Assembly (NCBI RefSeq): GCF_001194135.2
Contig: NC_069001.1
Coordinates: 1,751,817-1,813,099, forward strand
Length of the DNA stretch: 61,283 nucleotides
Source: Octopus bimaculoides
Lineage: Eukaryota
Reading direction: 5' to 3'
The notes under the pieces are model-generated. The model saw only the letters and a list, made by a program, of their open reading frames with translations, ran no database searches and was not told the DNA's origin. The position numbers were made by a program, and so were the translations under genes. Positions 49,589-61,283 of the stretch are shown piece after piece; the first letter of the stretch is position 1, and every line of letters begins with the position of its first letter.

Positions 49589-52500
49589 GTAAGTATAACT
49601 CCAGCCCTCTTTCTCTTCCTGACTAATCGTTGTTCTGTTCTACCTCTCTTTCTATCTCTATCTAATCTTGATTTGGCTGTTGTTTCTAACAGGGCCAGAA
49701 GCTACATAAGTTGCTCCCTCGTAGATTTCTGAAAATACACACCCATGTACGTAAATACGATTGGGGGATTGTTAAGTAAGATTTGGGTCATTCGTCCAGT
49801 TCCGCATGCCTAAGTTAGCGTCAGACTGTATTGTATGTAAAGAGGTAGTGCCTGGGTATGCGTGTGTGTTTGTGTGCATAGTCCTAAATATCGGCCTTTT
49901 CTGTAAAAAGTGTCTTCGGCGATCTTTACCAAAGATCGGCCTTCTCGTTGTTTGTTTGTTTGTTTTGTTTTTATTTCCATATCTTTCGGAGAAACGAAGT
50001 TTCAGCTCCCAACAATTAGACATTCAAATTGAGAGAGATAGAGAGAGATTAATTGTTTGATTGATTGATTGATATCTATGGATACATCTACAAGACAAAT
50101 CTTTCCAGACGGAAACAAAAATCGGGACAAGTTAAGTCATCGCTTCCGCCGTGACTCACACTTGTTGCTATTGATTTCTTCATCACCACCATGACCACCA
50201 CCACTATCCTGTTCTTCCTTCTTCCTCCTCTTTGTTCCTTCTTCCTTTCTTCTTCCTCTTCTTCTTCTATACTGTCAAACATACCCGTACAACAGACATA
50301 CTTTTACACCATAGCATGTTTTACATAGTATCACATACGTTTGCTGTTATAATGTTACAAGCTCTCATCATACGTAGATTTACTTTTCATGTACCATAGT
50401 ATCACACTTTTGACTCGCTTCAATCGAAAGACAGCGGCCATGGGGCACCGCCTTTAAAAACGATCCTCACTGTAGCACTCTGCAGGGGTTTATTCTACGT
50501 ATCGTATAGAGGACAAACATTGGAGTCTAGACCCCTCCCCCAAAATTTCAAGCCTTGTGCCTATAGCAGCAAGGAATATTTTCATATCCCACGTTAGGTA
50601 TGGGGCTTGGGCGGGTGGGGTAGAGTAAGGTTAGGGTTAGGGATAAAAGTTAGGGTTTTTTGTTACGCTTGGGGTTACGATTATGTTGAGGAAATTTTAA
50701 ATATTTTTTTAATTACTTTATTTCANNNNNNNNNNNNNNNNNNNNNNNNNNNNNNNNNNNNNNNNNNNNNNNNNNNNNNNNNNNNNNNNNNNNNNNNNNN
50801 NNNNNNNNNNNNNNNNNNNNNNNNNNNNNNNNNNNNNNNNNNNNNNNNNNNNNNNNNNNNNNNNNNNNNNNNNNNNNNNNNNNNNNNNNNNNNNNNNNNN
50901 NNNNNNNNNNNNNNNNNNNNNNNNNNNNNNNNNNNNNNNNNNNNNNNCATGTAAAACTCTGTGTGTGTGTGTGTATCATCGCGGATAATGGACATAAGAT
51001 AAAATAAGAACAATAATAAACGAGTGAAGAACGAATATATAGGTCGTGTGTTTAGTTAGCAAAAAAAAAACCTAAAAAAACTGACCATTCTGAAATATAA
51101 CAATATCTATGTTTTCTTGGTTTCTATGGCTGGATGCCCTTCCTAACGTCAACCACTCCAAGAGTGTAGTGGGTGCACTTTACTTGCCACCGGCACGGGT
51201 GCCTGCTTCCAAGTAACCACATTTGATTTCTAAAAATAAATTGCCAAAAAGAGTTCACTTCAAAAGTTGATCTTAGTGCTTCTTGACATTTTGCCATGAA
51301 TAAGTATATCTAGGAATACAAGATTCAATGAGTCCTGTTGTATTCTTTTTGGGTTTTTTAAGACTAGTGTGTAAACTAAAGGATAATTAGCTACTATTTC
51401 TAGTAGAGAGAGAGAGGAACTATATTGAGGTATTCTTTACAAATATTGCTAAGCAATATATACATTCTGCCATCGTCATACTCCATCTTTTTTTTTTTTT
51501 TCAACTCCCACATGTTAAATCATTAACTGCCCACATGTTGCAAGATAAGCAGTTTATTTTCTTCATACAGCTTCTTTTATCAACGCTTACAATGGCGGCT
51601 CCTTCCCCATCTCCCTCCCACTGGCTGCCTCTATTCGCTTATCTACTTAGCTTCTCTGTCTGTCTGTCTCTCTCTCTCCCTCACATACACACCTACACAC
51701 AAATGCATCCATAGGCTCACACTTTTTTTAACACATCATCATCATCATTGTCATCATTTACAGTCATCGTCGCAGTGGAACTGGTCTTGGAACCATGTGG
51801 TTTGTTACCACTCTTGTCCCATGTCTGCACACAGGATTAAAATAAAAAATTTGGCTCCTACAGGATTTGAACTCAGAACAATGAAACACCCAACTAGATA
51901 ACTTATCGTAGATTGGCTGTGTGCTCGCCATGCCCACCACCATATAATAATTAAGATTTCTAACTTCTCAAATATACAGTTTGATGATGTGAGGCATAAT
52001 CATTCAAACGGACCCCATCATATGACTGGTAGGCAGGATCTGAGCTCAGAGTGCAGTGGGATGCTGCTACATATCAGAAGGAATTTGGTATTGTTGTTTA
52101 ACCCCAGGTCAACCTTAATCCAGCTGTCCTATGATTAAATAGAAAAAAATCCAGCAATGACAATCTTGTGGGGGGGGGAGTGTTTTTATACAGTATATTT
52201 AGGGTTCCCTTTTCTAGAGCAGTCAGTCGTATGCAACTTGCAGACCATGGGACTTTCTCTATAACACAGCTAATGGAAACTTACTTTGGAACTTTGTAGT
52301 TGTGCAGCCCGTCTGGTGATGAGCCATGTCTCATGTGGCTTGCTTCTCACAAAAGGTTGCTCATGCCAGATCTACCTGGGGCAGGTAACCTCTGGTGGGG
52401 TTCAGTAAGGCCTATACAGGTTTATGCAGCCGACCCATAAATGCTGCCTCTATAACACTATTGCCCCTGGGGAGCAGACTGCCCCAACCTCTTCCCGTCA

Positions 52501-52666
52501 CCACCTGCTCCGCTACTTGTTACAGTCGTCTGCTAGTGTTCATATCTCCGCTAACAATATACCTGTCCATTCCTCGATATCGTCCATCTGTCTGTCCATT
52601 TCTTTTCCTCTGACCACTTGTCTCTTTGTCTGTTACTTGCTTCCATTCTCCCATTTTCCTTTCCAG

Positions 52667-52803
52667 AGCTCCGTCGGGCCGTGTACTACTTTGAGCGGCC
52701 AATCTATGCCATTTCTTACCTCCTACTGCTGACCTTCTCCCTGGTCATGTATTTCCTGGCTTGTCTCGTCAACCCGGGCTACATAGAGACGCCCAGTAAA
52801 ACA
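52667..52803 (+). CDS. ZDHHC12: ZDHHC12-like exon 2
   Basis: ELRRAVYYFERPIYAISYLLLLTFSLVMYFLACLVNPGYIETPSKT (TM2 + xPG motif); 137 nt. Confidence 0.88.
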
Positions 52804-54335
52804 GTAAGTATCCGCTGACATTTATTTTTATTTTATTATCCCCCCCACCGTTCTTTCTTAGTCTTTTTCTTTCTCCCTTATTCTGTCTGTCTCACTTTCT
52901 CTTTCTTCCTTATATAAGTCCGTCCTTGACATGATGATGGCTATAGTAATACTTGTGATGATGATGGGGCCAGTGGTTCCCAACCGATTTTTGGCCATGC
53001 CCCATCGAATCATTTCTAAAATCCTGATGCCCCCTTGTGATATTTAATTTTTGTAATTCAAAATTTGGTTTAATGTTTACCATATTAACCGGAAACAAAA
53101 TAAAAAATATATATAGTGCAACGGATGTAAAAAAAAAATGTGTAGGAAACGAATATGAAAACAAAAAGGGGAAAGCAACGGGGCGGGGGATGACTTCGGA
53201 AAATTCACAAGATCCGAGTTTTTCCCTCATAACTTTTAGGAAAATTCTTTTTTTTAATGAAATTTTATATAAATACANNNNNNNNNNNNNNNNNNNNNNN
53301 NNNNNNNNNNNNNNNNNNNNNNNNNNNNNNNNNNNNNNNNNNNNNNNNNNNNNNNNNNNNNNNNNNNNNNNNNNNNNNNNNNNNNNNNNNNNNNNNNNNN
53401 NNNNNNNNNNNNNNNNNNNNNNNNNNNNNNNNNNNNNNNNNNNNNNNNNNNNNNNNNNNNNNNNNNNNNNNNNNNNNNNNNNNNNNNNNNNNNNNNNNNN
53501 NNNNNNNNNNNNNNNNNNNNNNNNNNNNNNNNNNNNNNNNNNNNNNNNNNNNNNNNNNNNNNNNNNNNNNNNNNNNNNNNNNNNNNNNNNNNNNNNNNNN
53601 NNNNNNNNNNNNNNNNNNNNNNNNNNNNNNNNNNNNNNNNNNNNNNNNNNNNNNNNNNNNNNNNNNNNNNNNNNNNNNNNNNNNNNNNNNNNNNNNNNNN
53701 NNNNNNNNNNNNNNNNNNNNNNNNNNNNNNNNNNNNNNNNNNNNNNNNNNNNNNNNNNNNNNNNNNNNNNNNNNNNNNNNNNNNNNNNNNNNNNNNNNNN
53801 NNNNNNNNNNNNNNNNNNNNNNNNNNNNNNNNNNNNNGGACTATGTAGATTCCAAGCACATAGGAATTTTAGGGGTTATTTTTGAGAACCGTTCCCCACT
53901 CGCGGGTGTTTCTGAACAAGACGTCCATATTTGTTTCATTTTCTCCTGAAGCAACAACAAACAGGAAATGAAGGCAAAAGAAGCCCTCGCCAGAAACCAC
54001 TATTTTTATGCTAAAAATAACAGCTAAAGATCTGGTACACAGAAATGTGTTATTAAGACAACTTATCTGTTGCATACGATTTTTTTTTTTTTTTTCATTT
54101 TTAAGTAAATTCCCAGGTAAACGTTTCTAATAGAAAGGAAAAAGACACCAGAAGCAAAAATAAGGAACATAAACGCAGAATTAAATATAGAAGTGTAAAG
54201 TATACTTTATTACATAATCTCTATAATGATAATGAATGGAATAATTCCCCGTTTGAACTATTTTAATTGATAAAATTGGCCACGGAAGGGATGGATGTAA
54301 AGAATGATGATGTTGATGATGCTCTTTCTCTTTAG

Positions 54336-54443
54336 AAACTACCAATGCTGAATAACAATTCTGATGAGGAGGACATTTACGAAGACAGTCAGATGATGAA
54401 CAAGATCAACAACTACAGACGCTGTGATTTCTGTGAAGTTCAG
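54336..54443 (+). CDS. ZDHHC12: ZDHHC12-like exon 3
   Basis: KLPMLNNNSDEEDIYEDSQMMNKINNYRRCDFCEVQ. tttag/gtgag; 108 nt. Confidence 0.88.
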
Positions 54444-54727
54444 GTGAGCAACTTTGAAAACGATCTGGTGTTAGTCTTAATGTTTGTTTGTGTGTGTGGG
54501 TAGGTGTAGACCTACGAAGTAGACATGCAGCACATGCCCTATGTATGTGCAACCGAAAATGTTTACCTTATTTAGAGCTGCCTTTAATTCATAATCTAAT
54601 GTGTTTATACATATATTTATCTGAATGCATGTATTGAGGCCTGTAATAAGGTTTTTTATATGTAAGACAAGGAGAAAAATTCACCTGAGGGTACTAATAG
54701 AAATTGTTCTGTTGATATTTTAATCAG

Positions 54728-54894
54728 CAACCTATGCGAAGTAAACACTGCGAAGACTGCAAGAAATGTGTCCGGAAGTATGACCACCATTGTCATTGGC
54801 TTGAGACTTGCGTTGGAGAAAGAAATCACAGATTTTTTTGGCTGTTCTTGCTTTCAATAGCTGCTCTCATTCTTTGGACAATTTCTATTACCTG
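54728..54894 (+). CDS. ZDHHC12: ZDHHC12-like exon 4 (DHHC cysteine-rich domain)
   Basis: [55 protein letters not shown](W); 167 nt. Confidence 0.95.
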
Positions 54895-55765
54895 GTAAGC
54901 TACCTATCAAACAATGACACATGCACACACACACACACCTGCATGCACACACACACACACACACAAATACATAGTGCATACATACAATCACACAGTCCTT
55001 CATACAAACACATGCACTCACATATACCTACTTATGTACATATGGTGTCCAGTGAATTTGTCTACAACAATTCATCTACAGCATTCTACCTTTGGATACA
55101 ATTCATCCACAACCACACACACACACACATGAAGTCACTCACACACATACACACACACCCATGCATGTGCACACACATATAAATTACATACACAATTCTG
55201 AGTTTATGATATGTATAACCATGTACCTCCTCCATACTCTAACCTTTCATCATCTGACACAAGATCCCTTCCTTCAATGACCCTCCCCCTCTTAAAATTC
55301 TTTGTCTTGCAAGTTACTTGGTGACCCTGCCAGTGCTGGTGCCATGTAAAAAGCACCCAGTACACTTTGTAAAGTGGTTGGCATTTGGAAGGGCATCCAG
55401 CTGTAAAAACCTTGCCAAAACTGACCTTGTCTGTGCTGGTGCCAAGTAAAAAGCACTCAGTCCATTCTGCAGGGTGGTTGGTGTTAGGAAGGGCATCCAG
55501 CCGTAAAAACCCTGCCAAAACAGACACAATAAGTCTGGGGTAGTCTTCTAGCTGGTCAGCTCTTGTCAAACCATCCAACCCATGCCAGCATGGAAAGCTG
55601 ATGTTAAACGATGATGATGATGATAAACACGCATATGCACACATGCACACTAACACATATAAATACACATATATACATATATATACAATATATACGATTT
55701 TGTTTCAGTTTTTTTCATTTATCCTTTTCTTTCCAAACTGATTTTATTTTCTGTCTGTCTTTCAG

Positions 55766-56102
55766 GAATGCCATTGTCTACAGATGGGAATGGCTGGTAT
55801 GGTTAAGGGCCAATGCTCTGCTTTTCTGCGATTTGTTCATTTTAATTATTGCTGCAATGGCTGTGTTGGGCTTGTTGGGGTTCCATTCTTATCTCATCTC
55901 TCAGAACCTCACTACATGGGAGTTCGTCTCCCAGGAGAGGATTACCTACCTCAAATACCTGGATGACTCTTACAATCCATTCAATGAGGGTTGTCCTTGC
56001 AATGTCTATAACTTTCTCTTTGACTGGAAAATCCGCCACTGGGAGGCCCTCTACACCAAGAAAGCCAACATGCAGAACACGGTTAGTGGTGGCATCGTGT
56101 AA
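55766..56102 (+). CDS. ZDHHC12: ZDHHC12-like exon 5 with stop codon
   Basis: NAIVYRWEWLVWLRAN...HSYLISQNLTTWEFVSQERITYLKYLDDSYNPFNEG...GGIV*, containing the TTxE and NPF motifs. Five exons sum to 858 nt = 285 aa + stop. Confidence 0.93.
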
Positions 56103-56697
56103 CCAAAAAAAACTGAAAGAAAATAGAATAAACAAAAGACATTTCTACAATTTTTCCCTCCTTCCAAAAACTTCTTCCGCCCTTCCTTTTTTTTTTTTTA
56201 GCTTGTCCCTTGCTTATTGTATCTGTCTGATGTCTAATTTTGTTATTTTTCTAAAAAAAATTCTTGACAAATCACTCCGCTCCCCTATCTTTCTCTATTC
56301 CTGTGATTCCAGAAGAGAATATGTAAAATGGTAAAAAAAAAAAATTACCAAAAAAAGAAAAAAAGAACAGACACTTCCTGCAAATGTAGTATCCTTTCAA
56401 CTAACCCCTAATTGTCATAGCTTATAATATTTTGCTGACCATAGTCCAGATCGCTGAATAAATATTTTTGCTTTCTCTGATTTTTTTCTCCATGTCTAAC
56501 AAAGTTAGAGAAAAATACACATTAACAATATATTTTTTCACTCTCCATTAATATCTCTCTTACTCTCCATCTTTTTCTTTCCCTTCTCTGTGTGTCTGTC
56601 TGTCTGTCTCCCTCTCTCTCTCCCTCCCTCCCTCTGCTAAATCCAATCTCTCATTATTTCTGTCTCTCTGATCATTTGTGTATCTATTCTTTCCTAT

Positions 56698-56728
<31 letters not shown>

Positions 56729-57044
56729 TCTTCTCAGTCCTTCCCCGTCCTCTCTACCTCTCTGTTTGACTATCCCTATTCTCTCCTCACCACCACCACC
56801 TTTCAAATTCGCACAAATGTTTTACTTACACAGTTGTTCCATGTCATTCTGTGCTACCATACTAATTAACCCCAAATTAGCAAACCCTCACTACATCAAT
56901 TCTTTATAAATGTTACATAGCAAATTATTTCCTTCTTTTGTTTTTTTTTTCTTCTTTATTTCAATCTCAGCTAAATTCTATTTTTGCAACTACACCATGC
57001 CTCGCAACCTCCACTTCTCAGAAAATGTTGTTAATTTTAACTGG

Positions 57045-57900
57045 AGGCACATCAAACAACATTCAATGAAATATAATTATATACAGTCTTATTTAACGTG
57101 TTTGTGTATATTCAGATATGGAAAGACAATATGGTGCACAAGTTGTCTCCAGAGAAGAAAGCCACTTTATAAACAATATGGGTGGAGAAACATGCCATGA
57201 ATGATGTCACCAAACCATAAGACACATGCATTTCTGTGTTGTTATGCTTCATCAACTATGTCTATCTAGCTGCTGTCATTCATGGCCTCTAAGAGCTGGT
57301 CACTCTTATATTAGAATAGCAACTGATACATTTGCAGATGTGTGAAAAGCTTTGTCAAGCTGGAATGCATTAATCCATTAACCCTTTCATTACTGCATTT
57401 TTTCTGAGATGCTCTGCGTTTCTTTCAATTAATTTTAAATATAACAAAGAATTTAGTAAAATAACTAAGTTATCATTCAGCTAGTGTTAGGAACATAAAT
57501 TGAGACTAAGGTTTGGTGGAAGATTTTAATTCATAATTTTTGAAAACAAAACATTTGTACCACAGAGCCAGAGCCGGTTTCATCCAGGTTGGTCATGAAA
57601 GGGTTAAGCATCATTGAATGAAATATACATATGTAAATTCTTATTTAACATGATGCTGTATATTCAGATATGGAAAGACAATACACCGCACAAGTTGTCC
57701 CAAGAGAAGAAACTCCCCTTATAGACAATTTGGGTGAAAACACTCCATGAGATCATGAATGATGTCACTGGATTATAGAACGTATGCATTTCTGCATTGT
57801 TGCACTTCATCAGCTACATATAACTAGCTGCCATTGATCATGGCCACTAAGAGCTAATCACTCTTATGTTAGAACATCAAATGGTACCTTTACACATGAA
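57045..57900 (+). repeat. Old tandem duplication (about 300-330-bp unit x2) interrupted by a MITE
   Basis: 57045-57345 and 57608-57900 share collinear blocks, including the identical 27-mer tgtatattcagatatggaaagacaata. Confidence 0.85.
57382..57603. mobile_element. piggyBac-like MITE, 222 bp, TTAA target-site duplication
   Basis: ttaa|ccctttcat ... atgaaaggg|ttaa: a perfect 9-bp TIR with TTAA on both sides. Confidence 0.85.
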
Positions 57901-59649
57901 TGGCATGTTATCTTTGCATGTCCACATGTGCACAAACATGTTAAATATGACCATTCATCTCCATGTTGTTAGTGTTTAGCCCCAGGTTAGTCCTGATCGA
58001 ACAGACCCATGATAATAAAAGGACAATCAAATCATGACCATTAGTCTTTTCCTTGGTAATAGTCTATCTCAGACTACATTTTTCAATGTATTCTTTATAT
58101 TTTTTTTCTTTATGGCAGTAGAATCAGGTTTGAAGGAGAAATGATGCTATTTCTAGCTTGTTTAGTGACCAACCATGTACAGGCTCCAACCATGTACAGT
58201 GTTTTTGTATTGTTATTACATACATTGTAGTACCATGAACAAATTAAAAGAGAACTCACTACCTTTGGTAGAGTATAAAACCTAATATAAAGCTCACAAC
58301 ATTCTGTAATTCAGAATTGCAAATCGTTGACCCTGGGTAAGCTAACTGGCTTGCACGCTAGTGGACCAGTTACTATTCACAGTCCATTTCAGTTATAGAG
58401 CTCTAGATCCAACTTGTAACATTCCATTATTTATTTAGATATTTAAAGATTCATATTCTTGTCTTTTGACAATCCTCAGATATATATATATACATATANN
58501 NNNNNNNNNNNNNNNNNNNNNNNNNNNNNNNNNNNNNNNNNNNNNNNNNNNNNNNNNNNNNNNNNNNNNNNNNNNNNNNNNNNNNNNNNNNNNNNNNNNN
58601 NNNNNNNNNNNNNNNNNNNNNNNNNNNNNNNNNNNNNNNNNNNNNNNNNNNNNNNNNNNNNNNNNNNNNNNNNNNNNNNNNNNNNNNNNNNNNNNNNNNN
58701 NNNNNNNNNNNNNNNNNNNNNNNNNNNNNNNNNNNNNNNNNNNNNNNNNNNNNNNNNNNNNNNNNNNNNNNNNNNNNNNNNNNNNNNNNNNNNNNNNNNN
58801 NNNNNNNNNNNNNNNNNNNNNNNNNNNNNNNNNNNNNNNNNNNNNATATATATATATATAAAATTTAAATATTTCCAAAACCAAATTCTCCTGCCTTCTA
58901 AATATGCAACATCTCTTGTCCATTAAATTGCTGCTACAAAGTTCTTTTGTCTTTAAGAAGTATTCTGGACCCTTTTTTTAAAAATAAAATTATAAAAATG
59001 TTTCTTCTATGGTGTTGTAACAGTGTAACAGCCCTTAATTCTCAAATTTTTTCCATTTTCTTGAATATAAACATGTATGTGTGTGTGGTGAGATATTTTT
59101 CTGGAAATAGTAATATATTACAATATGAATTACTAAAATTTCTAATGTTTACTATTATTAGTATTTTTCTGCTTAAATTTGAAAAGAAACTGAATCAAGT
59201 CAATTTATGTACTTTATGTCATTCTCGTTATAAAGCAGAACAACATAAACAATGCAAAAAAAACCCCAAACAAACAAAAAAATTAAAAACATAAAAGCTA
59301 ATAAGAAAAATGAATGAATGTCATTCCAAAGCAACTATTTTGAAATATGTGTGTGTGTGTGTACAGTCTCAGAAGATATATTTTCAATAATTTCTGCCAA
59401 CTCTTTGGTGCTCTGTCCCTTTCACTGGTAAAGCCTTTTGTGCTACTTTTTTGTTGTTATTGTTGTTTTCACACCTGCATCTGTTGGCAGCACTTGTATT
59501 GCTTGTAAACCAATGGTTTTTAAACCAAGAAGTGGTACCTTTTTGTGGGTGCCGTAAGCTCACAAGGAGGTGCTGAGTGTTTAGAGGGAGTCATGATTTT
59601 TCTTAGAAATAAAATATTGAAAACCAAGTCTTAGTCTTATTCTTAGTTC

Positions 59650-59950
59650 GTCTTGTACAGTTGGCAGCACGGTGCCTCCAGTCATCCTGGTTTTGAGTAT
59701 AGTCTCCTGCATCTTCCCAGGTGATGCTAAATTGCTTCTGATCTTCTAAGAAGGTAGTACATCATGTCTTTTGAGGTCTTCCTCTCTGTCATCCTTCTTC
59801 TGGCAATCGGAAAACCTGCAAGTCTCACAGTTCTTTCCAATACAATCTCTTGCAGGCTGTGTGAATTTTCTCTTCTCATGACTTCAGATTTTGTGATTCT
59901 CTTCTTGCAGCTGGTCTTCGGTATTCTGCATAGAAATCCTTGGTAGAATG
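59650..59950 (-). mobile_element. RTE-like LINE C-terminal remnant
   Basis: LCRIPKTSCKKRITKSEVMRRENSHSLQEIVLERTVRLAGF resembles RTE LRRILxISWxDRITNxEVxRR...RRLRxAGH. Confidence 0.6.
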
Positions 59951-60395
59951 CATTCAGCCACTGAGTAATCTCAACAATCATTCTCCAAGTTTGAGTTCCA
60001 CACTGTTTTTGTCTACCAAATTTACTCACAAAAGCATTGGTCAATTCGAGACTGTAGTAGAAGACAATTGTCTAAAGTGCTGTGCAATGGGACTGAACCC
60101 AAAACTACATGGTCGCAAACTAAACTCCTTATCCACATAACAATGCCTGTGCCTATGTGACTCACACTTTCAGTGAAAATCATCCAAAACAACACAGAAG
60201 CCCTTCAGGTAGACCCACCTTTGTAATTCACCCTTGTCACATGATGTGTTCTGCAGGTCATCCTTAAGAATTACAATTAAGGTGCATGTGCCAGGGGAAT
60301 ATTCAACCATTTACATGGAAATCCAACAAGAAGGCCACCTCATTGATTAAACAACTGGAAAACACATTGTCAATACTAATGACAACCAATTATTA

Positions 60396-60401
60396 TTTAT
60401 T
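60396..60401 (-). terminator. Candidate poly(A) signal for the AFMID-like gene
   Basis: AATAAA on the minus strand about 155 nt after the stop. AT-rich context, so weak evidence. Confidence 0.25.
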
Positions 60402-60555
60402 TAATCTATTTCTATATTTTCATAAACGAGTCTTTTACCTTCAGATATCAATTTGTGAGTGTGTGGCCTTTGGTACTAAAAGCTCTGTATAGACTAACCA
60501 CTTTACCCTTTCTATAGATGTCTACAATGTGTTTCTGAAGTCTGCAAAGGTTGGT

Positions 60556-60591
60556 TCAATCAGCAGTCAAGCCCATAGTTTTGATAATTTC
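60556..60591 (-). CDS. AFMID: AFMID-like terminal exon
   Basis: ttttacag acceptor then EIIKTMGLTAD*, in phase with the previous exon and resembling the AFMID C-terminal helix. Confidence 0.7.
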   Translation of the reverse strand, partial: EIIKTMGLTAD

Positions 60592-61026
60592 CTGTAAAAT
60601 GCATAAATAAATCAATTAAAAGCAAGATTAATCTATGGAAGATCAATAACATACAATGTAAGCATTATCATCAACCACCACCAACAACACCAGCATCATC
60701 ACCAATATCATTACCTTTATCATCACCACCACCATCATCATCATTATCACCACCACCATCCTCATCATCACATCGTCATTATCATCACTATCATCACCAT
60801 CATTACCGTTGTCATCATCATCACAAGCACCACCACCACCACCAACAACAACAACACCAGCATCATCACTGTTATCATCATCCTCACCACAACCACCATC
60901 AGCATCATCATCATCATCATTCCACTACATGTTAACCCTATTTATAAACATTGTATATACATTCCCATCCCAAAAGTGGTGATTAAAAAAAAGAACAAAA
61001 AAAAGAGAAAGAATAGTTTCTCTTAC

Positions 61027-61131
61027 TTTGGTAATGAAATAATCATCTTCAGCAAGTTTTTCTATGACATCAAAATGGTCAGTGTCTGGAATGACTCGGT
61101 TGGAAATGGTGAGACCAGCAGACTTCAAAGA
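61027..61131 (-). CDS. AFMID: Kynurenine formamidase (arylformamidase)-like, penultimate exon
   Basis: SLKSAGLTISNRVIPDTDHFDVIEKLAEDDYFITK carries the DHF catalytic-His motif of AFMID. ttgcag/gtaaga; 105 nt. Confidence 0.8.
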
Positions 61132-61283
61132 CTGCAAAGAATGAAAAAGTAATGACAAAACAATACCCAAAGGGGCAATAAATATTTCAAGATCAATATT
61201 TGATATATTTCTTTCTTTCTCCCTCCCTCTCTATCTCCCCCCTCTCTCTCTCTCTTTCTCTTTCTATATATATATATATATAT

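Noticed and set aside
50631-50655. Interstitial telomere
   Set aside because: Only three interrupted hexamers; kept only as a G4 note.
54782-54799. DHHCHW instead of DHHCPW
   Set aside because: The residue after DHHC varies among DHHC enzymes, and the catalytic and Zn-binding residues are intact.

Overview
AT-rich, microsatellite- and SINE-dense animal genomic DNA with 11 N-gaps. It is most likely a coleoid cephalopod (Octopus-like); this is inferred from the repeat landscape, not proven. Four protein-coding genes are supported by hand-spliced exons. (1) A complete 12-exon DPP7/dipeptidyl peptidase 2 on the minus strand (11842 to 221, 486 aa, intact Ser-Asp-His triad). (2) An intronless GPR52/GPR21-like orphan class A GPCR (+, 28024-28992). 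(3) A complete 5-exon ZDHHC12-like DHHC palmitoyltransferase (+, 49480-56102, 285 aa). (4) The last two exons of an AFMID/kynurenine formamidase-like gene (minus; the rest lies beyond the window end). The most notable unexplained structure is a pair of inverted DPP7 relics 34-45 kb from the gene. One is a near-identical exon3/intron3 piece fused to a retroelement tail. The other is an older intron9-exon10-intron10 block whose exon changes are mostly synonymous. The remainder is TE debris: RTE, R4/Dong and HERO-like LINE fragments, several SINE families including a CORE-like one, mariner and pogo remnants, and TA- and TTAA-type MITEs. Two unique-sequence islands (about 25.1 kb and 44.4-45.1 kb) may hold unannotated exons. 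There is no CRISPR array, rRNA or true tRNA gene. Family assignments come from motif recognition against remembered sequences; no database search was run. TE boundaries are approximate.
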